The notes under the pieces are model-generated. The model saw only the letters and a program-made list of their open reading frames with translations. It ran no database searches and was not told the origin of the DNA. Source: an uncultured Clostridia bacterium (lineage in GTDB: Bacteria; Bacillota; Clostridia; Christensenellales; UBA3700). From it: a stretch of 64,000 nucleotides of DNA. The number at the start of each line of letters is the position of its first letter. Within the stretch, counting starts at the first letter, position 1. Made by a program: the position numbers and the translations under genes. Below, piece after piece: positions 58,395 through 64,000 of this stretch. The stretch is taken from contig CANSGN010000005.1 of the NCBI GenBank assembly GCA_947646415.1, forward strand, positions 14,083 through 78,082, read 5' to 3'.

Positions 58395-59879
58395 CTATTT
58401 CTTTTTATTGTAGTCAATACGTTTGTGGTATACTCCCGGTACAACTTTGCAAATAGCAGCTGCAATCTTTTTCAAATCGGAAAAAGTAATTTCCGAATTT
58501 TCAAATTGATGGTCAGCAATTTTTTCTTTTATTACATTATCCACAATCGATTTAAGTTCATCCATATTTGCCGTATTTCTTGAACGAGTTATAGCCTCTA
58601 CAACGTCGGAAATCATAACTATTGCCGCAATCTTGGATGTCGGTCTAGGCCCCTCATACATATACAGCTTATCATTTACAGTACCCTCTGTAAGCAATTT
58701 AGCTTTATTATGAAAGTACTTAACAGTTGTCGTACCATGATGCTCTAATGCAACATTTGCAATTTCGTCAGGCAAATGTGCTTTTTTAAGCATATCATAT
58801 CCTATTTTTGTATGCGACCTAATCATTTTAGCACTGTGCATAGGTATCAAATCGTCATGCGGGTTGTAGCCTTGTTGATTTTCGGTAAAAAACTCTGGGG
58901 CACTCAATTTGCCTATATCGTGATAAATACCGCACGCTTTTGCTAGATAAGGATTTTCTCCTACTGCTATAGCACATGCCTCCGCCAAGTTAGAAACAAT
59001 AATGCAATGATTAAATGTGCCAGGCGCTTCATTTGACAATCTTTGCAACAAAGGTCTTGATAAACTGCATATTTCCGCAAGTTTGAAGTTTGTCCATATA
59101 TTGAAAATTTGCTCGTATAATGGAATTAAGGAAGTAAATATAATTATCGCAATAAATCCGCCTAAAATCGAATAGGTGTAAGATAATAACAAGTACTGTA
59201 AATCCGTTGAAACTATCATAGCAAGCAATACTATTGGTAGCGATGCAACTAAGTTAATCGCAGCGGCGCCCCACATTAGTTTGAAACGAGAATAATTCCT
59301 ACGAATCAAAAACATAATCAACAATACTCTTATCATAGATACAATAAGCGAAACAGTTATCTCATAGAAAGTGTTTGATAGCTCGCCTACCATACCGTAA
59401 TCCATTACAGAATATGACAAAAGCAATGTAGAAATAGTAACTACAAGCCCCATAAATCCTGTCCTACCGCCTATCATAATACTAAGTATAATAGGTAAAA
59501 CCGCAAGCGGCGAACAATAAGGACTAATCAAATGGCTGAACAACTGACAACCAACCACGGTAATTACAAGCGTTACGCCAATCATTATAAGCTTTTTATA
59601 AGATTTGTCTTTGGACATATAAGTATAATACTCATAAAACATAATCATTGCAATGAAATACACCGCAACAATAATAAGTACGTCAACCCATTTTGTATAG
59701 AGCACGCTAATACTCCACGTATATGTCGTAGCTGCAGAAATAGCAAGCAAACAGCTTATTATAATAATACTACCTATTACAATAAGTTGTTGCACCCATT
59801 CCTTATGCAAAATCTCCATAGTGTTCTCGTTTTTAGTTTTTTTCTTTTTTATCGGATATCCCGCCCTTGTTCTTTCCAT
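58395..59879 (-). CDS. pgpH: 7TM-HD phosphohydrolase (PgpH/YqfF type, c-di-AMP phosphodiesterase family)
   Basis: 494 aa. A multi-TM N-half and an HD domain (HDIGK...EHHGTT). phoH-pgpH-ybeY synteny. Confidence 0.82.
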   Translation of the reverse strand: MERTRAGYPIKKKKTKNENTMEILHKEWVQQLIVIGSIIIISCLLAISAATTYTWSISVLYTKWVDVLIIVAVYFIAMIMFYEYYTYMSKDKSYKKLIMIGVTLVITVVGCQLFSHLISPYCSPLAVLPIILSIMIGGRTGFMGLVVTISTLLLSYSVMDYGMVGELSNTFYEITVSLIVSMIRVLLIMFLIRRNYSRFKLMWGAAAINLVASLPIVLLAMIVSTDLQYLLLSYTYSILGGFIAIIIFTSLIPLYEQIFNIWTNFKLAEICSLSRPLLQRLSNEAPGTFNHCIIVSNLAEACAIAVGENPYLAKACGIYHDIGKLSAPEFFTENQQGYNPHDDLIPMHSAKMIRSHTKIGYDMLKKAHLPDEIANVALEHHGTTTVKYFHNKAKLLTEGTVNDKLYMYEGPRPTSKIAAIVMISDVVEAITRSRNTANMDELKSIVDNVIKEKIADHQFENSEITFSDLKKIAAAICKVVPGVYHKRIDYNKKK

Positions 59880-59913
59880 CGTTTTCTCCTAATTTTATAT
59901 CGGAAATTGTTGT

Positions 59914-60939
59914 TTATTCTTTTTCGGTCTCAATTTCTTTTTTGTAAAAATCGTCATAAGCCTTAACAATTTTCATCACAAGTTCGTGTCTTACAACGTC
60001 TTTTTCATTAAAATAATTGATTGAAATATCTTCTATACCATTTAATATGTGACTTACTTCTATAAGTCCGCTCTTTTTACCATAAGGTAAATCGATTTGC
60101 GTTATGTCGCCTGTTACCACAACCTTGCTACCCTCGCCGATTCGAGTCAAAAACATTTTCATTTGCTCACGTGTGGTGTTTTGAGCTTCGTCCAAAATGA
60201 TAAAGGAATTGGAAATAGTCCTACCTCTCATATAAGCAAGCGGTGCAACTTCTATCACTCCCTTTTCCATTAGCCTGTTATAAACTTCAAGCCCCAACAT
60301 TTCACTTAAAGCGTCAAATAAAGGTTTCAAATACGGGTCAACTTTTTGTCCTAAATCGCCGGGTAAAAACCCAAGCTTTTCGCCCGCTTCGACGGCTGGT
60401 CTTGTCAAAACGATTTTTTCCACCTGCTTTGCTTTATAAAAACTTACTGCCATAGCAACTGCTAGATAGGTTTTTCCCGTACCGGCAGGACCAATTCCAA
60501 AAGTCAACGAATTTGCCTTTATAGCCTGCAAATATTTTGCTTGGTTAATGCTTTTAGGTTTTATTGGCTTGCCTTTATTGGTATATGCAACGGCATCTGT
60601 CATACTCTCTATATTTTCAAATTCGCCGCCTAACACCAAATCGGTTACCAAACGCAAAGTGGTTTTGTTTATACTTTCTCCTCTTTCCACCTTATCTAAC
60701 AAAGCGGAAATAATCTCCTCCAATTTATTTCTGTTTGTTTCCTCGCCTAAAACTTTCAAGCCGTTCGCATCACGAACAACACTTATTCCAAGTCTTTTGG
60801 AAAGATATTTTATATTGCTGTCGTATTCTCCGAACACTTCCCTTAGCTGTTCTGTTGTATAATCGTTAAAATTAATAATAATGTCCTCCGTTATCCAATC
60901 TTTGTTCTGTCTCGTAAAAGATATCCAAATATTTAACAC
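59914..60939 (-). CDS. phoH: PhoH family ATPase
   Basis: GPAGTGKTYLA Walker A and DEAQN. The track start GTG 60939 lies 68 nt inside yqfD, so the true start is uncertain (see findings). Confidence 0.85.
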   Translation of the reverse strand: MLNIWISFTRQNKDWITEDIIINFNDYTTEQLREVFGEYDSNIKYLSKRLGISVVRDANGLKVLGEETNRNKLEEIISALLDKVERGESINKTTLRLVTDLVLGGEFENIESMTDAVAYTNKGKPIKPKSINQAKYLQAIKANSLTFGIGPAGTGKTYLAVAMAVSFYKAKQVEKIVLTRPAVEAGEKLGFLPGDLGQKVDPYLKPLFDALSEMLGLEVYNRLMEKGVIEVAPLAYMRGRTISNSFIILDEAQNTTREQMKMFLTRIGEGSKVVVTGDITQIDLPYGKKSGLIEVSHILNGIEDISINYFNEKDVVRHELVMKIVKAYDDFYKKEIETEKE

Positions 60940-62017
60940 CCTCTACTTCTTTTATTTCATAGTTTTTGGAAAGCAATCTGCAATCATTTTGCATTGCAGC
61001 CATAAACTCGCTGTCAAATTTGCTTTTTAAACTTTCTATGTATGCGTTCTGCTCGATTTCCACCCTTTGCATTTCAAAATATTCATAAGTAACAACCCTT
61101 ATAGGCAACACCCCGAACAATTTAATTTCAGTAGTACGCAAATCGTAAAATTCGTAAGGCGGCTTACCTGCTTTTAATATATCAAGAGTATTAAATCCCA
61201 AACATCTTTTTACCACAGACTTACCCGTCTTTATAAAGGTATAATTTTGTTTAGGTACTAAAAAGCGTTTATGAGTATAAACTTTCCCGTACACTTCGCC
61301 GTCTGCGGCAACTTCTATCCTATCGCCGTTTTCCTCTCCGTCGGACGGAGTGTTATCCGCAATATGATATCCGCCAATCAAAATGTCTCCCGCTTTTACC
61401 CTTTCGCCCACTTTAACTTCACTTGTACCCGAGCGAACTATAACTCTTGTAACAACACCATCGTAGTCGGAAATCAAGTCCTTTTTGTTTTCGGTAACTT
61501 TAGGCGGCTCGCTGGCAACGATTTTTACCATTAAGGAAAATCCCTCTATATAACATGTTGCAAAACTGACTTCTTCTACATTAGTCAAAATCAAATTTTC
61601 GATTGCTTTTAAATCTATTTTATTTTTTGCAACTATACCGCCAAAATTGTTTTCTTTTAAAAATGTATGTACTTTATTGGCGTAAATATCATTTTGAGCA
61701 TCAACTTGTATATTGTAAACAAAAGCCGTCGATGCAAATAAAAATATAAGACAAATCGTCGCTGCAATCATATACGGCAAATGCTTATAAGTGCTATGCA
61801 AAATTTTCAACAATCCGCTATTGTCTTTGATTTCAAGTTGAATGCTGTATACTTCCGCAAACTTTTCCAAGACTTTAAAATCATTGTGTTTTATCCAAAA
61901 GACGCTCTTATCCTCTGACTCTAAGTCATAAATGGCAATGTTTTCGTCTTTTAGCTTATTGATAAATCTTGTGCGATTGCTACCTGCTGCAACAACTTTT
62001 ATTTTGGATAAAATCAT
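60872..62017 (-). CDS. yqfD: Sporulation protein YqfD
   Basis: 381 aa. One central TM helix and the YqfD layout. Overlaps the yqfC stop (ATGA). Confidence 0.78.
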   Translation of the reverse strand: MILSKIKVVAAGSNRTRFINKLKDENIAIYDLESEDKSVFWIKHNDFKVLEKFAEVYSIQLEIKDNSGLLKILHSTYKHLPYMIAATICLIFLFASTAFVYNIQVDAQNDIYANKVHTFLKENNFGGIVAKNKIDLKAIENLILTNVEEVSFATCYIEGFSLMVKIVASEPPKVTENKKDLISDYDGVVTRVIVRSGTSEVKVGERVKAGDILIGGYHIADNTPSDGEENGDRIEVAADGEVYGKVYTHKRFLVPKQNYTFIKTGKSVVKRCLGFNTLDILKAGKPPYEFYDLRTTEIKLFGVLPIRVVTYEYFEMQRVEIEQNAYIESLKSKFDSEFMAAMQNDCRLLSKNYEIKEVEGVKYLDIFYETEQRLDNGGHYY

Positions 62018-62262
62018 AGCCCCACCGCCTTAAAATTATCCAATTTGCCTGTCACAATTAGCAATCCGTTTTGCAACTCTTTTATCACAAAATCGCTACC
62101 GTCAAATTCAAGTTTGGTCTTGCCTGCACGCACCTCTATATGCTCTTTGCTCTGATAAATTATATTTTTAAAATCTTCAACAATAAATCCACTGTTGACA
62201 ATAGTAATTTTGTAGCTTAACTTTTCTTTTACTGTTTTACATATATCATCAAAATACGCCAT
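62014..62262 (-). CDS. yqfC: Sporulation protein YqfC (YabP/YqfC family)
   Basis: About 82 aa. Its position directly upstream of yqfD is canonical. Trimmed from GTG 62268 to ATG 62262. Confidence 0.75.
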   Translation of the reverse strand: MAYFDDICKTVKEKLSYKITIVNSGFIVEDFKNIIYQSKEHIEVRAGKTKLEFDGSDFVIKELQNGLLIVTGKLDNFKAVGL

Positions 62263-62348
62263 AAACACCTCGCTTTTTATATTCTATGTTTTGGTATATT
62301 CGATTATACGTTTTACAGTGCGATTATATATTATATTAATTAAAATTA

Positions 62349-63992
62349 TTACTCTTCGTCAGTTGGCGGAATTTTGATATTTGTTGCAGACACTGCATCT
62401 GAATATTCGGCAGCCCAATCCGGCTCTGTCATGCCGTCGTCGTTAAAAGTTACAGTGGTTTCCCCAAGTGGCGGAGGTGGCACTAAATCTTCCACTTGCA
62501 CCTTATAGTCTTGAGTTTCGTCCTCTGTACTAACAGGAGCATTTTTATCCGTATCCGATTGCTCAGCATTTGCTTTTCCTGCTTCTATAGCTTCGTTCAC
62601 TGTCGCCTTTTGCTGTTTTAAATTGCGAGTTTCCTCAATGGAAAGCGGCGTAAATTTAACCATATTACCTTGCCATTTAAAGCTTATAGTACCGCACGCA
62701 CCGCTACGGTGTTTAACAATATGCAAATTTATAATATCTTCCACGCTACCTTCGCCAAGCTTTTGCTTAACAAGAAAGTATACTTGGTCGGCATCTTGCT
62801 CGATAGCACCAGACTCTCTAAGGTCGGACATTTTAGGGTCGCCGTCATCACGTTTTTCCAAATCACGCGAGGTTTGAGATAGTGCAAATACAGGCACGTC
62901 AAGCTCTTTTGCCATAATTTTCAAACTACGTGAAATTTCGGTAACTTCCTGTTGTATACTTTGTCTTGAAGTATGTGCCTTAAGCAGTTGCAAATAGTCG
63001 ATTACAACAAAATCGAGCCTTTTTTTCATTTGTTTAAGTCTGCGGCATTTACTCATAATTTGCTCGGGAGTTGTGCTTGCCGTATCGTCAATGTAAACGT
63101 TGGATTGTTCAAGAATTTTCTTTGCTTGCCACAATCTTTTAAACTCATCCGCAGACGCACCCGACACTACGCTTTCGTGAGGTACACTTGCCATTGTTAG
63201 CAAAATTCTTTGAGTAAGTTCGCTCATACTCATTTCCAAGTTGAATACAGCAACGACTTTCTCAGGCTCGTTCTTTGCAATATTACAAACAATGTTCATT
63301 GCAAAAGATGTTTTACCGCAACCGGGACGTGCTGCCAAAACAATCATTTGACCGCCTTTGTACCCGTTTGTAATCTTATCCAAATTTTTAAAATGCGACA
63401 ACTGACCTTTGTTGCAATCGGGATTTATAAGCACATCTTCATATCCTTTCAAAACTTGATTGATAGTACTGTTTACGTGCATCAAATCTTTGTTTTCTTG
63501 ATTATCCGAAATATCGAAAATGGTTTTTTCCGCAAAGGCAAGTGCCATCTCCGCATCGTCGCTCTTGTATGTATTTTCGGAAATTCTATTGGACGCATTT
63601 ATAATCGTCCTCAACATTCCGTTTTTCTTTACAATATTAAAATAATACCTATAGTTAGCCGAGGACGGAATTGCATCAGTAAGCTCGGTAAGGTATGACA
63701 TACCGCCGACTTTTTGCAAATTGTCGGTAGTGCTGACATTGCCATATTTATCTTTTTCGGTTGATTTTGAAAGTTTGTCCGATAAAGTTATAATATCTAC
63801 AGGCTTACCCTCGCGTTGCAAATCATACATAGCGTTGAAAATCAGCCTATGAGAATTCATATAAAAATCTTTTTCGTTAAGTTCACTTAAAATTTCGGTT
63901 GTGACTTCGTCATCAATCATCATACTGCCCAAAAGCGATTGCTCTGCTTCCAAATTGTTAGGCATTATTTTAGGATTTTTTATTTCGCTCAT
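62349..63992 (-). CDS. dnaB: Replicative DNA helicase (DnaB family) with ~95-aa acidic/Pro-rich C-terminal extension
   Basis: 547 aa. NLEAEQSLLGSMM, Walker A ARPGCGKTSF, VIDYLQLL, RESGAIEQDAD. The canonical core ends near aa 450. Confidence 0.9.
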   Translation of the reverse strand: MSEIKNPKIMPNNLEAEQSLLGSMMIDDEVTTEILSELNEKDFYMNSHRLIFNAMYDLQREGKPVDIITLSDKLSKSTEKDKYGNVSTTDNLQKVGGMSYLTELTDAIPSSANYRYYFNIVKKNGMLRTIINASNRISENTYKSDDAEMALAFAEKTIFDISDNQENKDLMHVNSTINQVLKGYEDVLINPDCNKGQLSHFKNLDKITNGYKGGQMIVLAARPGCGKTSFAMNIVCNIAKNEPEKVVAVFNLEMSMSELTQRILLTMASVPHESVVSGASADEFKRLWQAKKILEQSNVYIDDTASTTPEQIMSKCRRLKQMKKRLDFVVIDYLQLLKAHTSRQSIQQEVTEISRSLKIMAKELDVPVFALSQTSRDLEKRDDGDPKMSDLRESGAIEQDADQVYFLVKQKLGEGSVEDIINLHIVKHRSGACGTISFKWQGNMVKFTPLSIEETRNLKQQKATVNEAIEAGKANAEQSDTDKNAPVSTEDETQDYKVQVEDLVPPPPLGETTVTFNDDGMTEPDWAAEYSDAVSATNIKIPPTDEE

Positions 63993-64000
63993 TTTTCTCC

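Overview
This 64-kb segment looks like the chromosome of a low-GC, endospore-forming Firmicute (Clostridia-like). I count about 62 protein genes. Almost all lie on the minus strand in tightly packed, often overlapping operons. Only groES-groEL, a solitary tRNA-Trp and one 40-codon ORF are on the plus strand.

The content is mostly housekeeping:
- Replication and repair: dnaE, dnaB, recO, rnhA, rnhB, hup.
- Ribosome and SRP cluster: ylxM-ffh-rpsP-KH-rimM-trmD-rbgA-rnhB-yraN, then rplS.
- Central metabolism: pfkA, a PPi-type PFK, ppdK, lysC, ddh, murB, proC.
- Fe-S assembly: rrf2-nifS-iscU.
- c-di-AMP turnover: cdaA and pgpH.
- Sporulation: spoIIGA-sigE-sigG-ylmC, an uninterrupted sigK, whiA, yqfC-yqfD.

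I saw no CRISPR array, transposase, integrase, prophage block or rRNA.

Five loci are worth a second look:
1. An orphan 904-aa protein at 50380-53094. It joins an unrecognisable ~500-aa N-terminal region to a Pif1/RecD-type SF1B helicase core, and sits inside housekeeping synteny.
2. A translationally coupled trpS-DUF5685-like-J-like-membrane operon at 40827-44055. Its J-like protein lacks the HPD motif and ends in six CC doublets.
3. An operon at 33081-37747 encoding a SPOR protein, Ddh, a catalytically degenerate orphan MalK-like ATPase and an S41 protease.
4. A convergent pair of unannotated mini-genes at 44362-44736 that share a perfect bidirectional terminator.
5. A stand-alone, divergent TRAP (mtrB) homolog at 7433-7681.

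None of these is proven novel. All functional calls rest on motifs recognised by eye, and no database search was possible. Several ORF-track N-termini were trimmed to starts with better Shine-Dalgarno (SD) support. Two small genes (yqzL and the mini-genes) and the edge-truncated comM are absent from the ORF track.
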